DNA from: Haloferax denitrificans ATCC 35960 | GTDB taxonomy: Archaea > Halobacteriota > Halobacteria > Halobacteriales > Haloferacaceae | Length of the DNA stretch: 32,000 nt | NCBI RefSeq assembly: GCF_000337795.1 | Contig: NZ_AOLP01000011.1 | Coordinates: 322,248 to 354,247 of the forward strand | Direction of reading: 5' to 3' | Translations under genes and position numbers: made by a program | In this document: piece after piece, positions 17,785 through 27,818 of the stretch | Layout of the letters: each line of letters begins with the position of its first letter | Position numbering within the stretch: position 1 is the first letter of the stretch | Notes under the pieces: model-generated | Told to the model about the DNA's origin: nothing | The model's database searches: none | What the model saw: the letters and a program-made list of their open reading frames with translations, nothing else

Positions 17785-18177
17785 ATGGCTGACAACGACC
17801 CACTCAGTAGCGCGCTTTCCGGTGTGGACAACGCCGAGAGCGTCGGACACCTGTCCCACGAGATCCAGCCCGCCTCCAACATCATCGGCTCCGTCCTCGA
17901 GGTCTTCTACGACCGCGGGTACATCGACGGCTTCGAGTTCGTCGACGACGGCAAGGCCGGTCTGTTCGAGGTTGAACTGAAAGGCGCAATCAACGATTGT
18001 GGCGTCGTCAAGCCCCGGTATTCCGCCGGAGCCGACGACTTCGAGAAATGGGAGAAGCGATTCCTCCCCGCCCGTGACTACGGCGCGCTCATCGTCACGA
18101 CGAGCCACGGCGTCATGAGCCACTACGAGGCCCGCGAGAAGGGCATCGGTGGCCAGATCATCGCCTACGTCTACTAG
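17785..18177 (+). CDS. rps8: 30S ribosomal protein uS8
   Basis: 130 aa from the internal ATG ([12 protein letters not shown]) of the listed 17701..18177 ORF. It starts 1 nt after the rps14 stop. Confidence 0.95.
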   Translation: MADNDPLSSALSGVDNAESVGHLSHEIQPASNIIGSVLEVFYDRGYIDGFEFVDDGKAGLFEVELKGAINDCGVVKPRYSAGADDFEKWEKRFLPARDYGALIVTTSHGVMSHYEAREKGIGGQIIAYVY

Positions 18178-18181
18178 AACA

Positions 18182-18718
18182 ATGAGCCGAATAGAAATCG
18201 AAATCCCGGACGAGGTATCCGCCGAGGTCAAGAACCTCGAGCTCACCATCGAGGGCCCCAACGGAAGCGTCACAAAGCGCCTCTGGTACCCGAACGTCAC
18301 GGTCTCCGCCGAAGACGACGCTGTCGTCATCGAGAGCGACGTCGAGAACGCGAAGACCAACGCGACCATCGGTACCTTCGAGAGCCACGTGAACAACATG
18401 CTTCACGGCGCGACCGAAGGGTGGGAGTACAAGATGGAAGTCCACTACGCTCACTTCCCGATGCAGGTTAGTGTCGAAGGGAGCGACGTGGTCATCAAGA
18501 ACTTCCTCGGCGAGAAGTCCCCGCGACGAGCGCAGATTCGCGGCGACACGGACGTACAGGTCGACGGCGAAGAACTCACCCTGACGGGCTCCAACAAGGA
18601 GGACGTCGGGCAGACCGCCGCCGACATCGAACAACTCACCCGCGTCAAGGACAAGGACACTCGCGTGTTCACCGACGGCGTGTACATCACCCAGAAACCG
18701 CAGACTGGTGATGCCTAA
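18182..18718 (+). CDS. rpl6: 50S ribosomal protein uL6
   Basis: 178 aa from the internal ATG ([12 protein letters not shown]). It is uL6-like and in the conserved position. Confidence 0.95.
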   Translation: MSRIEIEIPDEVSAEVKNLELTIEGPNGSVTKRLWYPNVTVSAEDDAVVIESDVENAKTNATIGTFESHVNNMLHGATEGWEYKMEVHYAHFPMQVSVEGSDVVIKNFLGEKSPRRAQIRGDTDVQVDGEELTLTGSNKEDVGQTAADIEQLTRVKDKDTRVFTDGVYITQKPQTGDA

Positions 18719-19425
18719 TGTCGGAAGAAATCACCGAACTCGAAGACATCAGCGGCGTCGGCCCGTCGAAGGCCGACGCGCTCCGCGAAGCCGGCTTCGA
18801 GAGCGTCGACGACGTACAGGCCGCGAGCCAGTCCGAACTGGCCGAGGTCGACGGCATCGGGAACGCGCTCGCCGCGCGTATCAAAGCCGACGTCGGTGGC
18901 CTCGAGGTCTCCGACGAGGCCGAGGCCGAAGTCGAAGACGAGTCCGAAGCCGAGCCTGAGGAAGAGGAAGCCGAAGAAGTCGAGACGGAGCTTCAGCCCC
19001 GCGGTCACGCGGACAAGAAGCCCCAGCTCGACGACGAAACCGCGGAAGCCCTGGCGCAGAAGCGCCGCGAGGGCAAGCCGCAGTTCAACCGGCAGGACCA
19101 CCACAAGAAGAAGCGCACGCCCAAGTCGTGGCGTCGCCCCCGTGGCGGTCTCTCCAAACAGCGTATCGGCATCAAGGGCAAGGGCCCCAAGGTCGAGGCG
19201 GGCTACCGCACGCCGAAGGCCGCCCGCGGCCTTCACCCGTCGGGCTTCGAGGAGGTCCGCGTGTTCAACACGGACGACCTCGAAGGCATCGACGGCGATA
19301 CGCAGGCAGTTCGCATCGCCTCCTCGGTCGGCGCGCGCAAGCGCGAGCGCATCGAGGAAGCGTGTGAGGACCGCGAGATTCGCGTCCTCAACCCCACCTA
19401 CGTCGAAGTCGAGGTGGACAACTGA
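18718..19425 (+). CDS. rpl32e: 50S ribosomal protein eL32 with an N-terminal helix-hairpin-helix extension and acidic linker
   Basis: 235 aa. The C-terminal part is eL32-like ([19 protein letters not shown]). The N-terminus has two HhH-like GxG motifs ([18 protein letters not shown]). Confidence 0.93.
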   Translation: MSEEITELEDISGVGPSKADALREAGFESVDDVQAASQSELAEVDGIGNALAARIKADVGGLEVSDEAEAEVEDESEAEPEEEEAEEVETELQPRGHADKKPQLDDETAEALAQKRREGKPQFNRQDHHKKKRTPKSWRRPRGGLSKQRIGIKGKGPKVEAGYRTPKAARGLHPSGFEEVRVFNTDDLEGIDGDTQAVRIASSVGARKRERIEEACEDREIRVLNPTYVEVEVDN

Positions 19426-19880
19426 TGACTGACCTCAAAGCGCAGAAGCGAATGGCGGCCGACGTCCTCGACGTCGGCAAGGGTCGAGTTTGGTTCGACC
19501 CCGAGGAACAGTCCGAAATCGCGGAGGCCATCACGCGCGAAGACATCCGTGAACTCGTCGACGAGGGCACGATTCGCGCCAAGGACGCCAAGGGCAACTC
19601 GAAGGGTCGCGCACGCGAGCGCGCCGCCAAGCGTTCCTACGGTCACCGCAAGGGTGCCGGCTCCCGCAAGGGCCGTTCCGGCGCTCGACAGAACAAGAAA
19701 GACGCATGGGTCAGCCGAATCCGCGCCCAGCGCCGTCGCCTGAAGGAGCTTCGCGAGGACGGAACGCTTGACCGTTCCCAGTACCGCTCGCTCTACAACA
19801 AGGCGTCCGGTGGCGAATTCGATAGCGTGGACCGGCTCGAAGCGTACATTCAGAACAACTACCAGGTGGAGATTCAATAA
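19425..19880 (+). CDS. rpl19e: 50S ribosomal protein eL19
   Basis: 151 aa with the N-terminus [26 protein letters not shown] typical of eL19. Confidence 0.95.
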   Translation: MTDLKAQKRMAADVLDVGKGRVWFDPEEQSEIAEAITREDIRELVDEGTIRAKDAKGNSKGRARERAAKRSYGHRKGAGSRKGRSGARQNKKDAWVSRIRAQRRRLKELREDGTLDRSQYRSLYNKASGGEFDSVDRLEAYIQNNYQVEIQ

Positions 19881-20434
19881 TGGCGACCGGACCACGATAC
19901 AAGGTTCCGATGCGGCGTCGCCGCGAAGTCCGGACCGATTACCATCAAAGGTTGCGCCTGCTGAAATCGGGCAAGCCCCGCCTCGTTGCTCGCGTGAGCA
20001 ACAAGCACGTCAGGGCGCAGCTGGTCACTCCGGGCCCGCAGGGCGACGAGACCCACGCTGCAGCGACCTCTGCCGACCTCGACGAGTACGGCTGGGAAGC
20101 CCCCACGGGCAACCTCCCGAGCGCGTACCTCACGGGGTATCTGGCAGGTAAGCGGGCGCTGGCCGCCGGCGTCGAGGAAGCGGTCCTCGACATCGGCCTC
20201 AACACGGCCACGCCCGGAAACAAGGTCTTCGCGGTGCAGGAGGGTGCTATCGACGCTGGCCTCGAAATCCCCCACAACGACGCAGTGCTCGCTGACTGGG
20301 ACCGCAACCGCGGTGTCCACATCGCCGAGTACGCAGAGCAGCTCGACGAGCCGCTCTACAGTGGAGACTTCGATGCCACGAACCTCCCCGACCACTTCGA
20401 CGAAGTGCTCGGGAACCTTCAGGAGGACGAATGA
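19880..20434 (+). CDS. rpl18: 50S ribosomal protein uL18
   Basis: 184 aa with the N-terminus [20 protein letters not shown] typical of archaeal uL18. Confidence 0.95.
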   Translation: MATGPRYKVPMRRRREVRTDYHQRLRLLKSGKPRLVARVSNKHVRAQLVTPGPQGDETHAAATSADLDEYGWEAPTGNLPSAYLTGYLAGKRALAAGVEEAVLDIGLNTATPGNKVFAVQEGAIDAGLEIPHNDAVLADWDRNRGVHIAEYAEQLDEPLYSGDFDATNLPDHFDEVLGNLQEDE

Positions 20435-21075
20435 GCAGAGATAACAACGGCTGGGAGCCGCGAACGCGGCTCGGCCGCATGGTGCAGAACGGCGACGTCA
20501 CGTCGATGGACCAGGCGCTCGAGACGGGACTTCCGCTCAAGGAACCCCAGCTCGTCGACCAGCTCCTTCCCGGACTGGACGACGAGGTACTCGACATCAA
20601 CATGGTCCAGCGCATGACCGACTCCGGCCGCCGGGTGAAGTTCCGGTGTGTCGTCGCAGTCGGGAACCGTGACGGCTACCTCGGCTACGCAGAGGCCCGC
20701 GACGATCAGGTCGGCGGTGCCATCCAGAAAGCCATCGAGGTGGCGAAACTGAACATCATCAAGGTAGACCGCGGCTCGGGGTCGTGGGAAGACCGCGCAG
20801 GCGGCCTCAACTCCCTCTCGCGCAAGGCGGAGGGGAAGGCCGGCTCCGTGACGGTCCGCATCATCCCCGCCCCGCAGGGTCTCGGCCTCGCGGCCGCAGA
20901 GACCGTCCGCAACATCCTCGAACTCGCCGGCATCCAGGACGCCTGGACCAAGAGCGACGGGAACACCCGGACCACGGTCAACCTCGCGAAGGCGACCTAC
21001 AACGCGCTCAAGAACGCGTCGCAGTCCCGCACGCCGCGGCGCGCTCGCGAAGTCCGTCAGGAGGTGCGCGAATAA
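20431..21075 (+). CDS. rps5: 30S ribosomal protein uS5
   Basis: 214 aa, uS5-like ([17 protein letters not shown]). It has an ATGA overlap with rpl18. Confidence 0.96.
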   Translation: MSRDNNGWEPRTRLGRMVQNGDVTSMDQALETGLPLKEPQLVDQLLPGLDDEVLDINMVQRMTDSGRRVKFRCVVAVGNRDGYLGYAEARDDQVGGAIQKAIEVAKLNIIKVDRGSGSWEDRAGGLNSLSRKAEGKAGSVTVRIIPAPQGLGLAAAETVRNILELAGIQDAWTKSDGNTRTTVNLAKATYNALKNASQSRTPRRAREVRQEVRE

Positions 21076-21539
21076 TGCAGGCTATCGTTCAGCTTCGCGG
21101 TGAAGTCAACATCGCACAGGACGTCCGCGACACGCTCACGATGCTCAACATCCACCGCGTGAACCACGCGACGTTCGTGCCTGAGAACGACGCCTACCGC
21201 GGAATGATCTCGAAGGTCAACGACTTCGTCGCGCACGGGGAACCGAGCGTCGACGTCGTCGAGACCCTCATCAGCACGCGCGCCGAGCCCGAGTCGGGCG
21301 ACGGCGACATCACCGATGAGTGGGTCTCCGAGAACACCGACTACGACGACGTGGCCGCGCTCGCGCAGGCCATCGTCGACGAGGAGACGACCCTGCGAAA
21401 GCAGGGCGTCTCCCCCGTGCTCCGTCTGCACCCGCCGCGCGGCGGTCACCGCGGACAGAAGCACGTCACCAAGGAAGGTGGCCAGCTCGGTAAGCACAGC
21501 ACCGAACAGATCGACGAACTCCTGGAGGACATGCGATGA
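21075..21539 (+). CDS. rpl30: 50S ribosomal protein uL30
   Basis: 154 aa from the internal ATG ([12 protein letters not shown]) of the listed 20784..21539 ORF. It overlaps the rps5 stop by 1 nt. Confidence 0.94.
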   Translation: MQAIVQLRGEVNIAQDVRDTLTMLNIHRVNHATFVPENDAYRGMISKVNDFVAHGEPSVDVVETLISTRAEPESGDGDITDEWVSENTDYDDVAALAQAIVDEETTLRKQGVSPVLRLHPPRGGHRGQKHVTKEGGQLGKHSTEQIDELLEDMR

Positions 21540-22033
21540 CGTCCAAGAAGCGACGCCAACGCGGCTCCCGCACGCACAGCGGCGGTACCCACAAGAACCG
21601 GCGTGGCGCCGGTCACCGTGGCGGCCGCGGCCGCGCCGGACGCGACAAACACGAGTTCCACAACTACGAGCCGCTCGGCAAGCACGGCTTCAAGCGACCC
21701 GACGTCCTACAGGACGACGTCGCCGAAGTCAAGATCCAGAAGCTCGACGAGGACGCGGCGCTCCTCGCGGCCGACGGAGTCGCCGAGAAAGACGGCGACA
21801 CCTACGTCGTCGACGCTCGCGACGTGGCCGAAGACGGCTGGGAAGCCGACGTCGTGAAGGTGCTCGGTGGTGGGCAGGTCCGCAACGAACTGCACGTCGT
21901 CGCCGACGCCTTCACGGCCGGTGCCGTCGAACTCATCGAAGAGGCAGGCGGCGACGCCGAACTCTCCGAACGCGCTGAAGAAGCGGCCGAGGCCGAGGAA
22001 TCGGCCGACGCCGACGAAGACGACGAGGAATAA
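21536..22033 (+). CDS. rpl15: 50S ribosomal protein uL15 with an acidic C-terminal tail
   Basis: 165 aa with the N-terminus KKRRQRGSRTHSGGTHKNRRGAGHRGGRG typical of uL15. It has an ATGA overlap with rpl30. Confidence 0.95.
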   Translation: MTSKKRRQRGSRTHSGGTHKNRRGAGHRGGRGRAGRDKHEFHNYEPLGKHGFKRPDVLQDDVAEVKIQKLDEDAALLAADGVAEKDGDTYVVDARDVAEDGWEADVVKVLGGGQVRNELHVVADAFTAGAVELIEEAGGDAELSERAEEAAEAEESADADEDDEE

Positions 22034-22036
22034 ATC

Positions 22037-23506
22037 ATGGGATGGAAGGACGCCGCCGAACCAGTGCTTTCGCGGATGCCCGCAGTCGCCCGACCGGAGG
22101 GACACGTCCCGTTCCGCCGGAAGCTCGGGTGGACCGGCGGCATCCTCGTCTTGTACTTCTTCCTGACGAACGTGACGCTGTTCGGCCTCGACGCCGCGAC
22201 CGCGAACGACCTGTTCGGTCAGTTCCGGTCCATCTTGGCCGGCCAGCAGGGCTCGGTGCTCCAACTGGGCATCGGTCCCATCGTTACGGCGAGCATCGTC
22301 CTGCAACTGCTCGGCGGTGCTGACCTGCTCGGACTCGACACGGACAACAACCCGCGCGATCAGGTCCTCTATCAGGGCCTCCAGAAACTGCTCGTCGGGG
22401 CTATGATCGTCCTGACGGGGGTGCCGATGGTGTTCGCAGGGAACTTCCTGCCGGCCGACCAGGCCGTCGCGACGTCGCTCGGCATCGGGACGTTCGGCGT
22501 TCGGAGTCTCATCTTCGCGCAGATCGCCGTCGGCGGCGTCCTCATCCTGTTCATGGACGAAATCGTCAGCAAGTGGGGCGTCGGCTCCGGCGTCGGCCTG
22601 TTCATCATCGCCGGCGTCAGCCAACAGCTCGTCGGCGGGCTGTTCAGCTGGCAGGGCCTCGGCGGCGCGTCCGGGTTCTTCCCGACGTGGATCGGCATCG
22701 TCACCGGTGCCATCGAACTGCCGGCCTCGCCGACCGACCTGCTGTCGACGATCTTCCTCGGTCAGGGCCAACTGCTCGCGCTCATCACGACGGTGCTCAT
22801 CTTCGGCATCGTCGTCTACGCCGAGAGCGTCCGCGTCGAGATTCCCCTCTCGCACGCTCGCGTCAAGGGCGCTCGCGGTCGCTTCCCCGTGAAGCTCATC
22901 TACGCGAGCGTCCTGCCGATGATCCTCGTTCGCGCCCTGCAGGCGAACATCCAGTTCCTCGGGCGCATCCTCAACAGCCAGTGGGTTGGCATGCCAACGT
23001 GGCTCGGCCAGTACACGGGCGGACAGGTCACCGGCGGCCTGTTCTACTATCTCGCGCCAATCCAGTCGCGCTCCGACTGGATGTGGTTCCTCGGTCTCAC
23101 GTCGGCCGACCCGCTCGACATCGCCATCCGCGTGCTCATCGACCTGATCTTCATGATCGTCGGTGGCGCGGTGTTCGCGATCTTCTGGGTCGAGACGACG
23201 GGCATGGGTCCGGAATCGACCGCGCGACAGATTCAGAACTCCGGGATGCAGATTCCCGGCTTCCGCCGCAACCCGCAGGTCATCGAGAAGGTCATGGAGC
23301 GGTACATCCCGCAGGTGACCGTCATCGGTGGCGCGCTCGTCGGCCTGCTCGCCGTCATGGCGAACATGCTCGGCACCATCGGTGCAGTCTCCGGGACGGG
23401 ACTGCTCCTCACGGTCTCCATCACGTACAAGCTGTACGAGGAGATCGCGGAGGAACAGCTCATGGAGATGCACCCGATGATGCGCAACATGTTCGGCTCC
23501 GAATAG
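22037..23506 (+). CDS. secY: preprotein translocase subunit SecY
   Basis: 489 aa with 10 hydrophobic segments. It takes the conserved terminal position of the spc-like cluster and is SecY-like throughout. Confidence 0.96.
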   Translation: MGWKDAAEPVLSRMPAVARPEGHVPFRRKLGWTGGILVLYFFLTNVTLFGLDAATANDLFGQFRSILAGQQGSVLQLGIGPIVTASIVLQLLGGADLLGLDTDNNPRDQVLYQGLQKLLVGAMIVLTGVPMVFAGNFLPADQAVATSLGIGTFGVRSLIFAQIAVGGVLILFMDEIVSKWGVGSGVGLFIIAGVSQQLVGGLFSWQGLGGASGFFPTWIGIVTGAIELPASPTDLLSTIFLGQGQLLALITTVLIFGIVVYAESVRVEIPLSHARVKGARGRFPVKLIYASVLPMILVRALQANIQFLGRILNSQWVGMPTWLGQYTGGQVTGGLFYYLAPIQSRSDWMWFLGLTSADPLDIAIRVLIDLIFMIVGGAVFAIFWVETTGMGPESTARQIQNSGMQIPGFRRNPQVIEKVMERYIPQVTVIGGALVGLLAVMANMLGTIGAVSGTGLLLTVSITYKLYEEIAEEQLMEMHPMMRNMFGSE

Positions 23507-23674
23507 CGAGCACCGACGCGCTCGACGGCCGCCGCGCGACGCGGCGACCGTCACTTCCACTTCACTTCATTTCTGCCGCGCTCGACCGGATAGCGGCGCG
23601 GCTATCTCGACGGACGCCGCCCGCGCCGTCGGCAATCCGGTCACTTTTGACTCCCGGCAGGGGAAGACCGGAGT

Positions 23675-24406
23675 ATGCACGAGGGGCGACTCGCGGTCGA
23701 TATCGAGACGGCCAGCCCGAACGGCCCGCCGAGCGACTTCCGCAACACCGACGACTTCGAGTTGGTCGCGGTCGGTCTGGGCCACCGCGTCGTCGGTGCC
23801 ACCGACGCCGACACCGAGGTCGAAGTCGAGGTGCTCCTCCGCGACGGCGACTGGTCGCTGGAACACACGGCCGACCTCCTTCGGCGGGTCGTCGAGTGGT
23901 GCGAGGCCCGCGGGGGGCGCGTCGTCACGTACAACGGCGAGTACTTCGACGAACACCACCTCCGCGCGTGGGCCGACCGCGTCGCCGACGCCGGCGTCTG
24001 GGCGGACGCGCCGCGCCGAGTCGACGCGCTGTTCGCCGACCACGTCGACCTCGCGGGGCTCGCCGCCGAGGCGTACCCGGAGGCGGTCCGTCCGAACCGC
24101 GACATCCCGGCGCTGTGGAAGGCGTGCAAGGAAGCCGGCGTCGACCAGCCGACCGTCTGGTACGACGACTACGACCTCCCGGCGGGCTATCTCGAACGCC
24201 TCGGCGTCGAGGACGCCCACGTCAAGGGGGCGCACGTCGGCGAGGCGCTGGGCGAGGCGTACGTCGAGGGCGTCGTCGCGGGGCTCGACCACACGCGGAC
24301 GCACGCCGAGCTCACTCGACTCCTCGTCGACTACGCCGCCGGCGACATCGAGCCGCTGTTTTCGCTCCACGACGCGCTCCGCCGGGCCGGCGCGAGCGCG
24401 GACTGA
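23675..24406 (+). CDS. RNase H-fold DEDDy-type 3'-5' exonuclease-like protein (YprB/PolB-exo-like)
   Basis: Three ordered motifs are present: LAVDIET (Exo I, DxE), VVTYNGEYFD (Exo II) and DYAAGD (Exo III, YxxxD). A CTTTTGA box at 23644-23650 lies about 28 nt before the ATG. Confidence 0.65.
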   Translation: MHEGRLAVDIETASPNGPPSDFRNTDDFELVAVGLGHRVVGATDADTEVEVEVLLRDGDWSLEHTADLLRRVVEWCEARGGRVVTYNGEYFDEHHLRAWADRVADAGVWADAPRRVDALFADHVDLAGLAAEAYPEAVRPNRDIPALWKACKEAGVDQPTVWYDDYDLPAGYLERLGVEDAHVKGAHVGEALGEAYVEGVVAGLDHTRTHAELTRLLVDYAAGDIEPLFSLHDALRRAGASAD

Positions 24407-24509
24407 GTCGTCTCACCCTCGCCGACCCGGGTCGAGGCCGTCGACTACCCGCGGGGGCGTGTCCTGTCTCGCGGCAAACGTTTAGCCGCCGGCAGTCGTA
24501 GCCCGTGGT

Positions 24510-24866
24510 ATGAACGACCTCGAACCGGCGGCCGCCGTCGAAGAGGCGCTCCGCGGTAACGGCATCAGCGTCGAGTCAGTCTCGCTCGACGACCCCGTCT
24601 CGCTGACCTATCTCACGGCGTTCCCGGACGTCGAGCCCGACCACGGGGAGGTCGGCCGCGCGGTCACCGCCTTCCTCGACCTCTCCCGCGACGACGAGTT
24701 CGACCCGAGGACCGTCGAGGCGACGGTGCTCCGAAGCGAGGGCGACGTGCAGGCGACGTGGACGCTCGAAGCCGATTGGATTCGCGCGTACAACGACTAC
24801 GCGCTGGACGACGAGGAACTGTCTCAACGCGTCCTCGACAGCCTCTACGAGGGGGGCGACGCGTGA
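24510..24866 (+). CDS. small acidic hypothetical protein (118 aa)
   Basis: A TTTAG box at 24481-24485 lies about 27 nt before the ATG. The protein is acidic, with G/C-rich third positions. Confidence 0.6.
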   Translation: MNDLEPAAAVEEALRGNGISVESVSLDDPVSLTYLTAFPDVEPDHGEVGRAVTAFLDLSRDDEFDPRTVEATVLRSEGDVQATWTLEADWIRAYNDYALDDEELSQRVLDSLYEGGDA

Positions 24867-25804
24867 GCGCGTGGCGACACCGCGGTGAGCCGCCCGCCGC
24901 GCGCGGCCCGCGCCGGCCCTCGCACTTCGAGTACTCGCGCGTCTCGCTGACGTTCGACAGCGAGGGGACGAACTGCGCGGGCTGGCTCTACCGCCCCGAC
25001 GGCGTCGAGTCGCCGCCGGTGGTCGTCATGGCCGGCGAGCTCGCGGCGGAGCGTCGCTTCGGCCTCCGCCCCTACGCCGAGCGGCTGGCCGAGGCGGGCT
25101 ACGCGGCGTTCCTCTTCGACTACCGAAACACCGGTGACTCCGACGGCGAGCCTCGGAACCTCGTCGCGCCCGACGCGCAGGTGGCCGACTGGCACGCCGC
25201 GCTCTCCGGCCTCCGCGAGCGCGACGAGGTGGACTCGCGCTCGCTCGTGCTCTGGGGCGCGGGCCTCTCCGGCGGCTACGCGCTCCGCGCGGCGGCCGAG
25301 GACGGTCGCGTCGCCGCCGCCGTCGCCCAAAATCCGATGCTCGACGGGACGGCCGTCACGCGGGGCCGCGGCGTCAAAGGCACGCTCGCCGCAGTCGCCG
25401 CCGGCGTCCGCGACAGACTCCAGTCGCGGTTCTTTGGCCCGTATCGCGTCCCGGTCATCGGCGACGGCTCGTCGATGGCCGTCTTCGAGGACCCCGGCGT
25501 GCGCGCCGCCTACCGCGAGCTCGTGCCGCCGGGGAGCGCGTGGCGCGACGAGACGCCCGCGCGGCTGTTCCTCTCGTTGCTTCGCTACCGGGCGCTTCCC
25601 GACCCGGAGGCGGTCACCTGCCCGACGCTCCTCGTTTCGGGGACGCGCGACGACCTCGCGCCCGCCGACGCGGTGGCTGACCTCGCCGACGAGCTTCCGA
25701 ACGCGACGCTGGTCGAACTCCCCGCGGGTCACTTCGACCACTACGACCGGGCGTTCGAACAGACGTTCGGCCACCTCCTGTCGTTCCTCCGAACGGTTCG
25801 CTGA
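24863..25804 (+). CDS. alpha/beta-fold hydrolase
   Basis: The GTG start overlaps the upstream stop (GTGA). It has a GxSxG nucleophile elbow (GLSGG) and a C-terminal region AGHFDHY carrying the likely catalytic His. The start choice is inferred. Confidence 0.75.
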   Translation: MSAWRHRGEPPAARGPRRPSHFEYSRVSLTFDSEGTNCAGWLYRPDGVESPPVVVMAGELAAERRFGLRPYAERLAEAGYAAFLFDYRNTGDSDGEPRNLVAPDAQVADWHAALSGLRERDEVDSRSLVLWGAGLSGGYALRAAAEDGRVAAAVAQNPMLDGTAVTRGRGVKGTLAAVAAGVRDRLQSRFFGPYRVPVIGDGSSMAVFEDPGVRAAYRELVPPGSAWRDETPARLFLSLLRYRALPDPEAVTCPTLLVSGTRDDLAPADAVADLADELPNATLVELPAGHFDHYDRAFEQTFGHLLSFLRTVR

Positions 25805-25872
25805 CGGGAGTCGTCAACGCGTTGAATCCTCGCGCGAACCATTATGTCCTCACCCGGCCTATACACGCAGAG

Positions 25873-26364
25873 ATGTCCACATCCACCCGTCTCGTCTCGT
25901 TGTTCCTCGCCGTCGCGCTCGTCGCGGTGGCCGCATCCGCGCCCGTGTTCGCACAGGAGGCGGAGACGCCGAGCGACGACGACACACAACGGCTTCTCGA
26001 AGAGGGGGTCGCGCTGTACAACGACAACATCGAAGAGTTAGACGTCTCGTTCGCCCGAAGCCTCGTCGCGGGGCGAACGGTGAACGTCTACATCGAAGGC
26101 GGGAGCGAGACCCGGGTGTTCTCGGCGTCGGTGCGAGACGACATGCGAATCGAAGACCTGTCGACCGGCCCCGACAGCGAGGCGTCGACCCGCATCACGA
26201 CTGACCGAGAGACGCTCGAAACCATCGCCGAGTCGCCGGAGCCGATGGCTGAGGTGCGAAGCGCCCTCTCCGACGACCGCATCCGCGTCAACGGCGAGCG
26301 AGGACACCCCGTCGACCAGATCGTCTGGACCGTCGCCAACACGTTCAAGAGCTTCTTCCTCTGA
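25873..26364 (+). CDS. secreted hypothetical protein (signal peptide)
   Basis: This internal ATG gives MSTSTRLVSLFLAVALVAVAASAPVFAQE, a signal-peptide-like N-terminus, followed by an acidic mature part. Confidence 0.6.
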   Translation: MSTSTRLVSLFLAVALVAVAASAPVFAQEAETPSDDDTQRLLEEGVALYNDNIEELDVSFARSLVAGRTVNVYIEGGSETRVFSASVRDDMRIEDLSTGPDSEASTRITTDRETLETIAESPEPMAEVRSALSDDRIRVNGERGHPVDQIVWTVANTFKSFFL

Positions 26365-26393
26365 ACCCGACCCGAACGCCGTCCGAATCCGTC

Positions 26394-26399
26394 TTTTTT
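26394..26399 (+). terminator. oligo-T tract downstream of the 25873..26364 gene
   Basis: A TTTTTT run lies 30 nt after the stop codon. Archaeal RNA polymerase terminates at oligo-T tracts, and such runs are rare in this GC-rich DNA. Confidence 0.4.
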
Positions 26400-26458
26400 C
26401 CGCCCCTCGCGTCGTCGCGTCCGTAACCCACTTTGCCGCCTTCCCCGTCTCTCCGTCG

Positions 26459-27730
26459 ATGACGTTCACGCGCACGGTCGAACTCGACGGCCACATCATC
26501 GACTCGGGGATGATGCAACAGGCCATGGGCATCGTGATGGACCTCGACGGCGACTTCGACGTCGAGCAGTTCGACGTCGGCCGGCAGAAAGACGAGCCTT
26601 CCTACTGCCGGATGTCGGTGACCGCGGACGACCGCGAGACGCTCCAGGAGATACTGCACGAACTCCACCAAATCGGCGCGAACCTCACGGACCCCGTCGA
26701 CGCCCGCGTCGAGGCCTCGCCGGCCGACCGGGTCGTCCCCGTGGGCTTTTACTCGACGACGAACCACCCGACCGACGTTCGGTATCGCGGCGAGTGGCTC
26801 CCGGTCGAGAACATCGAGATGGACTGCGCGATAGTCATCGAGGAGACCGACGACGGCCCGCGGGCCCACACGAAGGTCCTCAACGGCATCGAGGAGGGCG
26901 ACCTCGTCGTCACCGACGAGGCGGGGATTCGCGTCAAGCCGCCGGAGCGCCCCCGCGACGCTTCCGGTCCCTTCGGATTCATGCAGGGCGGCGTCTCCTC
27001 GGAGCGCCCCTCGGAGTCGCTCATCGGCGAGGTCGCCGACGCGCTCCGCGAGACCAAAGCCGACGGCGGGAACGTCCTCGTCGTCGCGGGGCCGGCGCTC
27101 ATCCACTCCGGCGGCGGCGACGCCCTCGCCGAACTCGTCCGCGAGGGCTACGTGGACATGATTTCGGCCGGCAACGGCTTCGCCACCCACGACATCGAGC
27201 GCGGGCTGTACGGCACCTCCCTCGGGATGGACATGGAGACGATGGAACATCCCCGAAAGGGCCACAAACACCACATCTACACCATCAGCGAGGTCATCCG
27301 CGCCGGCGGCATCGCCGAGGCCGTCGAGGAGGGACTCATCGAATCGGGCGTGATGTACGAGTGCGTGAAACACGACGTGCCGTACGTCCTCGCGGGGTCG
27401 ATTCGGGACGACGGCCCGTTGCCGGACACCATCACCGACACCATCGAGGCGCAGAACGCCATCCGCGAGCAGGCCCACCGCGCCGACATGGTGCTGATGC
27501 TCTCGACGCTCCTGCATTCTGTCGCCGTCGGCAACTGCCTGCCGTCGACGGCCAAGACCGTCTGCGTGGACATCAACCCCGCGACCGTCACGCAACTGCT
27601 GGACCGCGGCTCCTCGCAGGCCATCGGCATGGTCACGGACATCGGGACGTTCGTGCCGACGCTCGCCGAGAAGGTGCTCGAAGCCGACGACGACAACGAC
27701 GACAACGACGACGACAACGACGACAACTGA
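26459..27730 (+). CDS. TIGR00300-family protein (LOR/SDH-like conserved region) with a D/N repeat tail
   Basis: 423 aa. The N-terminus (VELDGHIIDSGMMQQAM) and the core (GPALIHSGGG, SIRDDGPLPD) are as I recall for this family. The function call is tentative. Confidence 0.7.
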   Translation: MTFTRTVELDGHIIDSGMMQQAMGIVMDLDGDFDVEQFDVGRQKDEPSYCRMSVTADDRETLQEILHELHQIGANLTDPVDARVEASPADRVVPVGFYSTTNHPTDVRYRGEWLPVENIEMDCAIVIEETDDGPRAHTKVLNGIEEGDLVVTDEAGIRVKPPERPRDASGPFGFMQGGVSSERPSESLIGEVADALRETKADGGNVLVVAGPALIHSGGGDALAELVREGYVDMISAGNGFATHDIERGLYGTSLGMDMETMEHPRKGHKHHIYTISEVIRAGGIAEAVEEGLIESGVMYECVKHDVPYVLAGSIRDDGPLPDTITDTIEAQNAIREQAHRADMVLMLSTLLHSVAVGNCLPSTAKTVCVDINPATVTQLLDRGSSQAIGMVTDIGTFVPTLAEKVLEADDDNDDNDDDNDDN

Positions 27731-27818
27731 CCGGGTCGCCCCTGCCCGTTCCGCCGCGCCGCCGCGTCGCGCCGTCTGACGTGTCTATTATGACCCCGGG
27801 TGGTCTCTCGTGTTTTGT

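Noticed and set aside
23553-23610. A cacttc-repeat T-rich stretch and a GATAGC-N6-GCTATC hairpin after secY, considered as an operon terminator.
   Set aside because: It is plausible, but the T tract is short (tttct) and the 6-bp stem is weak. That is not enough to annotate a terminator with confidence.
23675-25804. The exonuclease-like protein, small acidic protein and alpha/beta hydrolase as a possible novel defence or mobile module.
   Set aside because: The genes have separate promoter-like boxes; only the last two are coupled. Composition matches the surrounding core genome. There are no flanking repeats, integrase, ATPase/NTPase or other sensor-effector hallmarks. The evidence is insufficient to call a system.
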